A stretch of 64,000 bases of DNA from Longimicrobiales bacterium (GTDB lineage: Bacteria; Gemmatimonadota; Gemmatimonadetes; Longimicrobiales; Gaopeijiaceae), in NCBI GenBank assembly GCA_963422615.1, contig OY730414.1:682001-746000 (forward strand). The letters run 5' to 3'. A model generated the notes under the pieces. It saw only the letters and a list, made by a program, of their open reading frames with translations, did not search any database and was not told the DNA's origin. How positions within the stretch are numbered: the first letter of the stretch is position 1; each line of letters opens with the position of its first letter. Shown in pieces: positions 38,194 to 49,991 of this stretch. A program made the translations under genes and the position numbers.

Positions 38194-41100
38194 ATGGTAG
38201 ACGACAGGGCCGATAACGGGCGTCGCGAAGCCGGTTCCACGGGGTATGCTGATCTTTCGGCGAGCTTGAGACAGCTGGTCAAGGATCCCGGGCAGCTGAA
38301 CCCGAATCGCCTGTGGAAGGCGCTGCGCCCGGATGAACGGCTCAACGCTACCAAGTTTTTCCTGGAAGTTGGCGATCGCGATAAAATCATCGCGATCGTT
38401 GCTTCCGTGAGGAAGTCTCGTCGCGAGACGATCCGAAAGTGGCCGAACGTCCGGATTGCAGAAGCCATGCAGGTGCCGTCCACCTTGAAAGTCGATTTGG
38501 TGACCCGACTGCTCGTGACGCTTCACGCGGTGGGTCGGCGGGAGATGCTGGACCGCTTCTTGGTCTTGTTGGGTGTCTCGGATGAAAAAGACTTGGTCAA
38601 GCCTGCGAACGATGTTCCCCCGCCCGACGAAGGGACCGTGCACAGGGCCGCGAATACACTGGCGGCCGATTATGGCGTACGCTACGCGGCCCTCTACTTC
38701 TGCACGCTCCTCCTCCGTTCTCCTTCGATCGCCGGTCCCCTCCGGGCTTGGATGGGCGGGCTCGCGAAGGAGGCCGATTCCGGGGAGGAAGATGCACGGG
38801 TGCACGCGGGTTCCGGGCCGGAGAGTGCAGGCTCCAACGGTGCCCTGGGCGAGGGTTGGTCCGAGTCGTCGGAGACGGACGAAGTGCTCGGGTCACCGCG
38901 GTCGGAGGGCCAAGGCGCCGGCGCGGCAGCGGTAGAAGAGGGAAAAGGAGAGTCGGACGAAGGGGAAGTGTCGGCGCCGATTGAAACCGGTGATGCGCCC
39001 CCACTCACCCGGGGGAGCTCGGCGACCCCCGGCAACCCGGAAGGTAGGGGCGGTCGGGAGGGTGGGGTCGGCCCCCAAGCCGCGAACGGCACGGAGGGCC
39101 GGGGCGCCCCTGCGACGACCGGTGCCGCCAGACCCGTCGGGGACGCCGTCGACCCGTCGGCCAATCGCGATGCTCCGGAAGGCCACACCGAGGCGACGGA
39201 CGGGGACGACCAGCTGATGTCGGCTGGAGGTGCCCCCGAATCCTTCACCACACTGGACCGAATGATGAGGGACGCGGCTTTGGACGCGGCCCAGGGGGTG
39301 ATCGGTTCTCTCACCCGGAAGCAGATCGACGAGGCCGTGGGGGAATTCGTCCGCCTGAACGGGCGACGCCCGCGGTCGTACTTTCACAAGGGGTTTTGTG
39401 ATACCCTTTTCGATCAGCTCTCCCCCGATGAGCTGCCGGCGCAAAACCGGGACCGAGAGCGCTGGTACTGGGCCGGTGCCATTCAGGGTTGGGCGCGCTC
39501 CGAGTCGTGGCCGAGCATTGTTAGGGAATACGATGGTCGGCCGGTCGTGAGGGACCTGGGGGATGGGAGCGACCCGGCGTCGGCTGAAGCGGTCGAAAAC
39601 CTAGTGCGAGCGCTTCGAGGGGAAGACCGGACCGCGGAGCTTACCCACTTCGTGAAGACTCCCGCCATCGTCGCCTCACTGGATCTGTTCAAGATGCTCC
39701 TGGAGGCGGCGACAGACCTGCTCCGGGCCGACGATGCCGCGGAGGCGCGGCAGATTCTCGATCTCCTTGTGGAGGCTGCGGAGGTCCGTGAGGAGAATGG
39801 AGATCCTCCCGGAACGCCGTTGTTTCTGGAGGCCCGCCGCCGCCAAGCCCATTGTCTTCGCCATCTCGGAGAACACCTTCGGGCGAAGGCCATCCTTGAT
39901 GGTTTGCTCGATCTGGACCCGGACCCGAACGTGCGGGCCATGTTGCAGGCCGACCTGGGCCTCCTGGAGGGTGGTTTCAACAAGCTGGTGGATGTTCGCT
40001 TGCGCAATCAGAAGGAAGATCTCGAGCGAATTCTGGAGAGCGTCGAGAAGGGGGAGGAGCATTTTCGGAAATCGATTGCACAGGACGTCCGGTATGCTTC
40101 TCACGGTCACTACTGCTTGGGCGTCCTCGCCCTCGGCCGGGAGAAATACGAATCTGCCGGGCGGCACCTGAAGCAGGCCCGTGCGGAGTTTAGAAGCCAG
40201 ACCAGCCGCTACGGGGAGCGCCTCGTGGCTCGAACCGACCTGTACTTCGGAATCGCAAACGTCTGCAGCTTGTCCGAAGAGGGACTGACCCGGGGGCCCG
40301 GAATCATGGTGAAAGCCCTCAACGCAGGGGCCCGGTTCCCGTCCTGTCTCATCGAATCCACGGTTGTCGCGCTCGGTATGGGTCGTTCATCGAAGCTGTG
40401 TGAGGTGGCGGAGGCGATCCTCTGGAGAGGCAAGGGGTCGGAGACCCTCAACTTCGATGAATCGGTCCTGGACGTCCTTGCCGAGAGTTCTGCGGCGAAA
40501 TACTGCGCGTCCCTCCGCAAGGCCCTGCTGGATCGGGCTCGGAGAAACGACCGTTCCGGCGAATCCGTTGCCCGCGACCTCCGATCCGCCCTGCCCGGCT
40601 TTTTTGAAGGTGGCGATCACGAAACCGCCGCCGAGATCTTGGACGAACTCGAGGGTCTCGCTCGGCGGGGTGTTGGACTCCAGGATTTCATGGATTTGCT
40701 TGAGCCCCTGGATCGGTACGATCCTGCTTGGTCACGGGACGACGCGGCGGTGGCGCTTGCCCACTGCCACGAAGCCCGAGGGAAGTACCCGGAAGCGACG
40801 GAAGTCCTGCGGGAGCTTTTCCACCAGTTTGCGAACCAGGAAACCGAGGCTGGGCTGCACAACGCGGAAGGGGTACTGACGAAGGTCAAGCAATTCGGAA
40901 TTGATCCTTCGTACTACCAGGGGATGCAGCAAAGGTATAATGCTCTTGCCCCGGGCTTCGCCGAGGTGGAATCGGACCCGGACGACAGGCCCGTCAGAGT
41001 GCTCATTGTGGGCGGCAACGAAGCTCAGGCCAAGCGAACGGACGCAGTCCGGGCGAAGCTGAAGCGCACGCACCCCAACCTGGCTGTGCAGTTCGTTCAG

Positions 41101-41331
41101 ACGGGGTGGAGGAGCAACTGGCAGAAGCCCTTGGAGGAATTTTGCCGCAAACTGCCCGTTCACGACGGCGTCGTGATCATGCGTTTCATGCGCACGGAGT
41201 TGGGCAAGCGGATTCGCAAGGAGTGCGGAAAAAAGCCCTGGCGCTTCTGCTGGGGACCGGGTTCGACGGCTCAGGCGGAAGCCGTCATCAAGGTGGCCAA
41301 GGTCGCCGATCCGCCCCACTCGGGCGCCTGA
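38194..41331 (+). CDS. Large hypothetical protein: N-terminal helical domain, Gly/Ala/Glu linker, TPR-like repeats, DUF2325-like C-terminal alpha/beta domain
   Basis: About 1045 open codons filling the gap between two amidohydrolase genes; TPR-like segments (QAHCLRHLGEHLRAKAIL; GHYCLGVLALGREKYESA; ALAHCHEARGKYPEA); C-terminal VRVLIVGG...DGVVIMRF...CGKKPWRFC. Confidence 0.8.
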   Translation: MVDDRADNGRREAGSTGYADLSASLRQLVKDPGQLNPNRLWKALRPDERLNATKFFLEVGDRDKIIAIVASVRKSRRETIRKWPNVRIAEAMQVPSTLKVDLVTRLLVTLHAVGRREMLDRFLVLLGVSDEKDLVKPANDVPPPDEGTVHRAANTLAADYGVRYAALYFCTLLLRSPSIAGPLRAWMGGLAKEADSGEEDARVHAGSGPESAGSNGALGEGWSESSETDEVLGSPRSEGQGAGAAAVEEGKGESDEGEVSAPIETGDAPPLTRGSSATPGNPEGRGGREGGVGPQAANGTEGRGAPATTGAARPVGDAVDPSANRDAPEGHTEATDGDDQLMSAGGAPESFTTLDRMMRDAALDAAQGVIGSLTRKQIDEAVGEFVRLNGRRPRSYFHKGFCDTLFDQLSPDELPAQNRDRERWYWAGAIQGWARSESWPSIVREYDGRPVVRDLGDGSDPASAEAVENLVRALRGEDRTAELTHFVKTPAIVASLDLFKMLLEAATDLLRADDAAEARQILDLLVEAAEVREENGDPPGTPLFLEARRRQAHCLRHLGEHLRAKAILDGLLDLDPDPNVRAMLQADLGLLEGGFNKLVDVRLRNQKEDLERILESVEKGEEHFRKSIAQDVRYASHGHYCLGVLALGREKYESAGRHLKQARAEFRSQTSRYGERLVARTDLYFGIANVCSLSEEGLTRGPGIMVKALNAGARFPSCLIESTVVALGMGRSSKLCEVAEAILWRGKGSETLNFDESVLDVLAESSAAKYCASLRKALLDRARRNDRSGESVARDLRSALPGFFEGGDHETAAEILDELEGLARRGVGLQDFMDLLEPLDRYDPAWSRDDAAVALAHCHEARGKYPEATEVLRELFHQFANQETEAGLHNAEGVLTKVKQFGIDPSYYQGMQQRYNALAPGFAEVESDPDDRPVRVLIVGGNEAQAKRTDAVRAKLKRTHPNLAVQFVQTGWRSNWQKPLEEFCRKLPVHDGVVIMRFMRTELGKRIRKECGKKPWRFCWGPGSTAQAEAVIKVAKVADPPHSGA

Positions 41332-41419
41332 AGCCCCACCCTCCGGGCCCGCCGCGCGGCTTGGGTCGACCGTACGGGTGGAAAGGTCCCCCGGCTTTCC
41401 TTCGTGATGCCGCCGCCCT

Positions 41420-44400
41420 TCAGCGCTGCCGATCCCAGAAATCCACGGGCCGGTCGTCCATCCGCCAAGCGTCCGGTTCCACCCACCAGTGCTCGCCGTA
41501 GGGGACCTGGTTCGGCCACACCTCGTCCAGAGTTGTTGCGTCCCTGACAATGCCTCCCTGGATTACGTACAGGATGTCGGTCGTGTTGCGTATGTCTTCC
41601 AGGGGGTTGGTGTTGAGGACGAGGAGGTCTGCCAGCTTCCCCGCCTCGATGGTGCCGATGTCCCGCTCGGCTCCCAGGAATGTGGCGCCGTGAAGGCTAG
41701 CCACTTCCAGGGCGGCCATGGGGCCCGCGGCCGACTCCACCATCCATATCTCCCAGTGAGACCCGATGGCGTGGGCTTGCCCGTGGGATCCGATAGCGCC
41801 CCATCCGCCCGCTTCCACCACATCCATCATGCCTTGGGCGATGAAGGGGAAGCTGTAGTCGGTAGCAGGACGCTGCCAGCGCCGCCGCATGTGGGGGATC
41901 ACTTGGCGCCAGGGCAGCCATTGACGCTGTTTCTCGGTCAGCCAGACGTCGCTTTCCGCAAAGAAGTACTCCTCGTTCCACGGGCCGATGCCACCCACGA
42001 TGAAGGTGGGTGAATAGGTCGCCCCGGCCCGCCCGAGGAACTGGCTCAGGTCCCGGTACATGGGCAGATACGTCATCGGGTGCTCGAAGCCGGTCTGGCC
42101 GTCCATGATCATCCCGATGGTGTACGGGGTGTCATTGTTTTCGGAGGTGACCATGAGCCCCTTTGCGCGGGCCACATCCGACACCCACTGACGCTGGTCC
42201 CGGCGCGGCTGGAGGTACTGCTTGAGGGCGACCGCCCCCCATGAGGCAAGCCGGTTGATGTTCTGCTCGGCCACCTCGTAACTCGTGATCTCGTTCTGCC
42301 TCGGCCCGTCGCCCCGGTACAGCGGATCACCGGTGGAGTATGTTCTCGGCCCGACGACCTCCCCTGCGCGGATCAATTCGCCGCTGGCAAAGACGTTCTG
42401 GGACCACATGGAGTTGTCCAGATTCGTCGTCACACCGTAAGCCAGGTAGATGGCCGACTCGAAGTCGCGCCTTGGGATCAGCCCCCGGTGCTCGCGGTAA
42501 TGGTGGGCGTGCATGTCCACGAAGCCGGGGATGATGGTCTTGCCCGCCATGTCCATCGTGCGGGCGGTCCCCGAGGTGTCGCAGTTGCCGACACAGGTGA
42601 TCCGACTCCCGTCAATGACCACTGTCCCCTCCTCGATGACGGCTCGGTCGTTCAGGGTGACGATCCTGGCGTTGGTCAGGGCCAGAGAAGCGTCGGGGAT
42701 TCGCCGTTCTACCGAAAGCCCGATGAACACGGTGTCGGTTTCTTCGGTGACCACATCGTGCACGAAGAACCGGTTTCCGTTCCCGTATTCGACTTCGTCC
42801 CGGCTCCGCCAGCGGGGGAAAAGCCCCCCTTCGGTCGTGAGTTGGGTGACGGGCACGGGGGCGTCCTTCTTCTTGAGCTCGACGGGTTCACCGCCCGCGC
42901 CCCCGGGGGGAAGTGGGGCCCAGAAGACGTTGTCCCCCTCCTGAAAGGCCACGCGGTCGCCAGCGGGTGAAACGACAAACTCGTCGCCGAAGGGTATGGT
43001 GGCGTGAACGCGCATGTCGGAGCCATCTCCTCGAACCGACATGAGGGCGGTGACGGGTGAGCCCTCTTCCGGTTGGTGGCGCGACGGGAAGTATATCCGT
43101 CCCTTCGGCCCGAAGGACGCCCGGACGATCTGGGTCCGGTTGCCGCCAATGCCGCCCGTGCCCCGGGGCAGGGTCAGGATCCGCTCCTCCGAGCCCCCCT
43201 CTGCCGGCACCCTCCACAGCTCCCAGTACGGGTTCTGAGAGGCGGAACGGGCCCGGGAGGCGGCGCCGGCTCCCCGGGTCACCACGATCTCGGAGCCGTC
43301 CGGGCTCCAAACGGGGTGCACGTATTCGGAAGGGGAGGTGGTCAGTCGCCGGGGATTGTTCCCGTTCACATCCGCTTTCCAGACGTGGCCACCCGTCTCC
43401 CCATCCCAGGTCGTATACGCGATCCAGCGTCCGTCGGGGGACCAGGACGGGGAGTACTCGAACGGACCCTCGCCCGTCGTGAGGCGGGTCGGAGTTCCCC
43501 CCGAAGCGGACACGGTCCACACCCTTCCAATGGCCTGGAAGGCGATCTGCGACCCGTCGGGCGACGCCCCGTACCACCGGAGCATCTTGGCCTCGAAGGG
43601 GCCGTCGTCGATGCGGAAGCTGGCGCGGGCCATCTCCGAGAGGGTACGGTGGACGCGTGCGCGGAAGGGCACGGTGGTCACATCCCCAGTGGCCACCTCA
43701 AGGCTGCGGAGCTTTCCGCCCTGGGTGATCACGATGCCGGTTCCGTCGCTGGTCCAGCCGTACCCCGGCAGGATGCGAAGCGTCTTGATCCCCTCGGCAT
43801 TGTCCACCGTGATGGGGTCCATGACCACCCGTTCGCGGCCGGTTTCCAGATCTCGTATCCAGAGGGCGGTTCGCGGGCCGAAGGTGTGACCCCGATACGA
43901 GATTGTCCCGCCGGCGATTCGGCGGGCGAAGGCGAGGTACCGTCCGTCGGGCGACAGCTCGGCCGCATACGCGCTCCCGCTGGATGCGCGAACCTGCTGG
44001 GCCGCCGTGCCGCTGGTGATGTGGGTGATCTCCCCGCTCTCAAGGTCCTTGCGCCGCAGCTGCCAGTGGCCGGCGAGGGCGTCCCTCCCCTGGAGGCCCG
44101 GCGGACCTGTGTACACGTGGAAGTAGAGGTACCGCCCGTCCGCCGACGGGGAAGGCCAAGCGGCCTGGGGCTGGTCGCCGACGACCTGAATCCCTTTACC
44201 CCCGTCTTTGTGGTACATCCAGATGCCGCCACCTCCCCCACCCGGGGCCAAGTTCTGGCGGCGCACGAAGATGTAGTCGCCCTCCGCCGACCATGCCGGC
44301 TCCACGGCCCGAACCATCGGGGCCGTGAAGACCGCCCTGGGGCTGGACCCGTCGGCGTCCATGACCCAAAGGTTGTTCTGTCCTTCTCGATCGCTGATGA

Positions 44401-44758
44401 AAGCGATAGCGGACCCGTCGGGGGAGTATGTCGGATGATAGTGGGTAGCCACTCCCGTGCCGTCCGTCAAAAGCTCCGCGTCCCCGCCGCCGTCTGCGGG
44501 TACTCGGTAGATATGCCCCAGAAGGTCGAACGCGATCCAGCGGTTGTCCGGGGAGATGTCCACCGACATCCACGTGCCTTCGTCGACGGTGAAGTCGATG
44601 TCCCGGGTCTCCCCCCGGGCCAGGGTCACGTCCCATTCGTCTTCTTTCGCTTCGCCACTGCCGCTCTGGGCTTGGGCAGTGGTGGGGCCGGGAGCGAGTG
44701 CGATAGCGAGGAGAGCGATCAAGGCGGGGGCGGACGGGGAAGAATGGGGGCGGCGCAT
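41420..44758 (-). CDS. Secreted amidohydrolase with N-terminal TolB-like (PD40) beta-propellers
   Basis: Repeated SPDG/WSPDG motifs; C-terminal PGFVDMHAH, GFEHP, IGSHGQ, IGTIEAGKLADL. Confidence 0.9.
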   Translation of the reverse strand: MRRPHSSPSAPALIALLAIALAPGPTTAQAQSGSGEAKEDEWDVTLARGETRDIDFTVDEGTWMSVDISPDNRWIAFDLLGHIYRVPADGGGDAELLTDGTGVATHYHPTYSPDGSAIAFISDREGQNNLWVMDADGSSPRAVFTAPMVRAVEPAWSAEGDYIFVRRQNLAPGGGGGGIWMYHKDGGKGIQVVGDQPQAAWPSPSADGRYLYFHVYTGPPGLQGRDALAGHWQLRRKDLESGEITHITSGTAAQQVRASSGSAYAAELSPDGRYLAFARRIAGGTISYRGHTFGPRTALWIRDLETGRERVVMDPITVDNAEGIKTLRILPGYGWTSDGTGIVITQGGKLRSLEVATGDVTTVPFRARVHRTLSEMARASFRIDDGPFEAKMLRWYGASPDGSQIAFQAIGRVWTVSASGGTPTRLTTGEGPFEYSPSWSPDGRWIAYTTWDGETGGHVWKADVNGNNPRRLTTSPSEYVHPVWSPDGSEIVVTRGAGAASRARSASQNPYWELWRVPAEGGSEERILTLPRGTGGIGGNRTQIVRASFGPKGRIYFPSRHQPEEGSPVTALMSVRGDGSDMRVHATIPFGDEFVVSPAGDRVAFQEGDNVFWAPLPPGGAGGEPVELKKKDAPVPVTQLTTEGGLFPRWRSRDEVEYGNGNRFFVHDVVTEETDTVFIGLSVERRIPDASLALTNARIVTLNDRAVIEEGTVVIDGSRITCVGNCDTSGTARTMDMAGKTIIPGFVDMHAHHYREHRGLIPRRDFESAIYLAYGVTTNLDNSMWSQNVFASGELIRAGEVVGPRTYSTGDPLYRGDGPRQNEITSYEVAEQNINRLASWGAVALKQYLQPRRDQRQWVSDVARAKGLMVTSENNDTPYTIGMIMDGQTGFEHPMTYLPMYRDLSQFLGRAGATYSPTFIVGGIGPWNEEYFFAESDVWLTEKQRQWLPWRQVIPHMRRRWQRPATDYSFPFIAQGMMDVVEAGGWGAIGSHGQAHAIGSHWEIWMVESAAGPMAALEVASLHGATFLGAERDIGTIEAGKLADLLVLNTNPLEDIRNTTDILYVIQGGIVRDATTLDEVWPNQVPYGEHWWVEPDAWRMDDRPVDFWDRQR

Positions 44759-45028
44759 AGGGTCCTCGCAATGTATTCCGGGAACTTGCAAAGGGGGCGG
44801 TCGTGAGCGCATGATGAGAGATACGGGCTGCACGCTGTGCGGGCAAGGGAGGGGGGCCGATGTCGTGCGAGCGCAGCATTGACGAAGTGCCACCGATGTA
44901 CACGGGAGCATGGTGGTTGGGTTTACAACCCTCAGCCTGGAAGTGCAACAAGTGGCGTATCGTGTCCACGCCAGATGATCGAGGGAGAACAAGCTTTTTC
45001 AGAGCAGCCACCGACGGGGGTTGCGCCC

Positions 45029-47818
45029 CTATAAGTTTGTCGGATCGAAGCAGGCTTCGGCGAGCTCCCGGAGCGTCCGCACCCCCAGCCGAAGCTGGTT
45101 TTGGTACCTATCTTGGTTGACCCGAAGGTACTTCCAGCGGGCGCCGATCTTCCGGGATACCTGTCTGCACCACTCCCGCGCTGCCTCATCCTTCGCTTCT
45201 GTTCCCACCCAAACCCGCCCCTTGGTCTCGATGATCCAGACGACTTCGCCACTGCTCGCCTCTTGCACCGCAATCCAGTCGGGGAAGTAGAAGCCGATTG
45301 CACCGCTCGGTTTCAGGTAGTCGATCCTGAACCTGGTCCCGGATGCCCCCTGCTCGGTGGTGCCGAGGGCGGCGAACCGAGCCACGTCGCCGGCTTGATC
45401 CAAGAATCGCGCAAAGTCTTTCTCGAAGTCGTTGTAGGTGGCGACCCGATTGAAGACGGTCTTGCGCGCTGACAGCAGGGGAAGATTGCGCCGCCACGAG
45501 AAGGGCTTCGTCTCGGAGAGGTCGAAGTTGGCGCATTCGAAGTCGATCTCGTGGCGCTCGACGGTAAGTTCCGCGATCTTGCGGGCCAGATACTTGGCAA
45601 TGCCTTCCTGCAGCTCCGGGCGGGTCAAGTGGGAACGGGGTGCTTCGTCGTCCAGATCCACTTCTTGCCCGAAACAACGGTACACGACATACGTTTGCAC
45701 GACTGGGTACAGCTGAGCGAAGCGGTTGGGCAGTCTGGCCCGCAAAATCACCTTCTGCGTGATGCTTGCCAGTAGGCTGCGTGCATGCGTGCGGTCATCG
45801 GCTGCCACATCGGCTTCATGCACTGTGGTTTCAGTGGTGGCAAACTCCATCTTGAGACGGTCTCGGAAATGCTTGTGCGATTCTCCCTGTTCGATGATTG
45901 CGTCGAGCTTATGCACGTCCAAGCCGTCCAGCTTGCGGATGTCGTGTCTCAGGCTCGGCTTGGTGATCGGGATTGCAATGTCGTGCGCCAACTTCTCCCG
46001 TACGGGTCGGACGACCTGCAGAGTCGACAGCGCATCTTTTGTGACGTTCACTCCGACGCCGTCCGCCTCGAGTTGTTCGCGCAACACGTCAAGCAGTTTG
46101 CGGGTGCCGAGCACCTCGAGCGTCTGGGTTCGGTCGGGGCCTATCCCGGCCATCAAACGCAGCCCGCGCCCGATCACCTGTTCGGGCAGGATTTCCGCTT
46201 TGGCGGTGAAGGGCCGGAGCCCCAAGACGACGGTCACATTGCGCACGTCCCACCCTTCGCGGAGCATCATCACACTGACGATCGCCTTGATCTTGTTTTT
46301 CTTCTGGTCGATGTTGCGGACTGTCCGGCGAGCCGCTTCCAAGTCTTTCTTGGTGATCGTTCCCTTTCCGTCGGTGTGGATGACGAGCACTTCACAAGGC
46401 TCGAAGCCGAACTCTTTCGTCTTGTGCAGATATTCGCCCAGCGCATCGGCGTGGGCGCTCAACTCTGCCATAACGAAAAGCACCGGCTTGATCCCGAGCT
46501 CCCCGTACACCCGCGCGTGCTCCTTCCAGCGCGCCACCGCAGCTCGCACCCAGTAGCCGTATTTCTCGACCGCGTTCTTCTTGGTGACCTTGATGGGATC
46601 GTCGGCTGGCAGCAGCGGATCTCCCTCCCGCGTCACGATGATCGGCGCCTTGACGATCCTGTCTTCCACTGCCTGTGCGAGCGGATAGTCGCAGACGGTC
46701 CAGGGGAAGAAGAGGCCGTTCTGATCCTTGGGCGTTGCCGAAAAGTCGAGCCAAGCGGCCAGCCCTTGCGGGAGCGTGTCGTGCACCGAGAGGAGTGACC
46801 GGCTCCACTTCAGGTCCTCGTCATGGACGTGGTGCGCTTCATCGTTCAGCACGACGAGGTCCGACAGTGACTTGATCCGCTCCAGCATCGAGCGCTGGCC
46901 GGAGGCAGCTAGATCGAGCTTCGGCTTGGGGCCCAAGAGGGCCTCGACTACGTTTGCGGGATCCCACCCGTGGCCGCGCGATTCGTACAGCTGTTGGATG
47001 TTCGTGAGGAAGAGATTCCCTGCTGCACCGGGTTCGGTCGTCTCGCCGCGCAGGGTCACCTTTTGTGCAAAGCGTGCCCTCCACTCGGGCGGGATCAGCG
47101 GAAGTCTGTAGAAGATTCGGTTGTCGGCAAAGTCTTTCTCCAGGCGCTGGTATACGATTACATTCGGTGCGACGATGAGAAAATTTTCGGAGAGCGGTGA
47201 TCCAGGCACGCACTGTTTGTGGAAGTGCATCCATACAATTGCCATCGCCATGACCCAGGTTTTACCCGCTCCAGTCGCCATTTTGAAGGCGAAGCGGCGA
47301 AGGTTCTCAGGAGGCAGGTTGTACACCCGATCTACGCCCAGCTCCGGTACGCAGCGACGAAGTTGGCGGCGGCCGTCCATAGTCGTCTCAAATGCCATGG
47401 TACCGAGAAGCTGATCCTGTGGGGTGACCGTGCAGTATTGCTCGATGAGCGCCCTGACGTCGCTGGCTTTTGCCATCTCCACCAGCCACGCAAGCGTCTC
47501 AACCGCTTCACGCTGGCAGAAGTAGTAGCGCAGAGGGGCATCGAAACCGAGCACGTCGTGGTCCTCTTCGAACCAGTAGTGGAAAAGCCGGCGGGTGACC
47601 TCTGAAGCCCCTTCATACCCGGATTTGCGCCATGCGTCCACGGCGGCCCGTATCTTCGGCACAAGCAGGAGGTCGCTCGGGCGGCGGCCGGATTTCTCCT
47701 CGCGCCAGCCGGTGTCTGATTTTCGATCTTTGACCAGGTACGAGATCGGTTTTCTCCACGGGTAGCGGTTTGCGACTTCCGGGAGGGGCCGGTCATAGTG
47801 GATGAACGACGTGGACAT
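45029..47818 (-). CDS. res: Type III restriction endonuclease Res subunit (SF2 ATPase plus PD-(D/E)xK nuclease)
   Basis: KMATGAGKT (Walker A), NDEAHH, FSATPK, LREGWDV, EQVIGRGLR, C-terminal PDW...IETKG; starts 2 nt after the mod stop. Confidence 0.93.
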   Translation of the reverse strand: MSTSFIHYDRPLPEVANRYPWRKPISYLVKDRKSDTGWREEKSGRRPSDLLLVPKIRAAVDAWRKSGYEGASEVTRRLFHYWFEEDHDVLGFDAPLRYYFCQREAVETLAWLVEMAKASDVRALIEQYCTVTPQDQLLGTMAFETTMDGRRQLRRCVPELGVDRVYNLPPENLRRFAFKMATGAGKTWVMAMAIVWMHFHKQCVPGSPLSENFLIVAPNVIVYQRLEKDFADNRIFYRLPLIPPEWRARFAQKVTLRGETTEPGAAGNLFLTNIQQLYESRGHGWDPANVVEALLGPKPKLDLAASGQRSMLERIKSLSDLVVLNDEAHHVHDEDLKWSRSLLSVHDTLPQGLAAWLDFSATPKDQNGLFFPWTVCDYPLAQAVEDRIVKAPIIVTREGDPLLPADDPIKVTKKNAVEKYGYWVRAAVARWKEHARVYGELGIKPVLFVMAELSAHADALGEYLHKTKEFGFEPCEVLVIHTDGKGTITKKDLEAARRTVRNIDQKKNKIKAIVSVMMLREGWDVRNVTVVLGLRPFTAKAEILPEQVIGRGLRLMAGIGPDRTQTLEVLGTRKLLDVLREQLEADGVGVNVTKDALSTLQVVRPVREKLAHDIAIPITKPSLRHDIRKLDGLDVHKLDAIIEQGESHKHFRDRLKMEFATTETTVHEADVAADDRTHARSLLASITQKVILRARLPNRFAQLYPVVQTYVVYRCFGQEVDLDDEAPRSHLTRPELQEGIAKYLARKIAELTVERHEIDFECANFDLSETKPFSWRRNLPLLSARKTVFNRVATYNDFEKDFARFLDQAGDVARFAALGTTEQGASGTRFRIDYLKPSGAIGFYFPDWIAVQEASSGEVVWIIETKGRVWVGTEAKDEAAREWCRQVSRKIGARWKYLRVNQDRYQNQLRLGVRTLRELAEACFDPTNL

Positions 47819-47820
47819 GG

Positions 47821-49881
<2,061 letters not shown>

Positions 49882-49991
49882 TTTGCTGTTCTCTTGGGCG
49901 TGCTTCGTTTTCGGGTGGTCGCGCCCTACCAGGAGTCAGGAGTCAGGCGGTATCGCGGCTTATCTGGGATGGGTCACTTCGATGTGACCGG

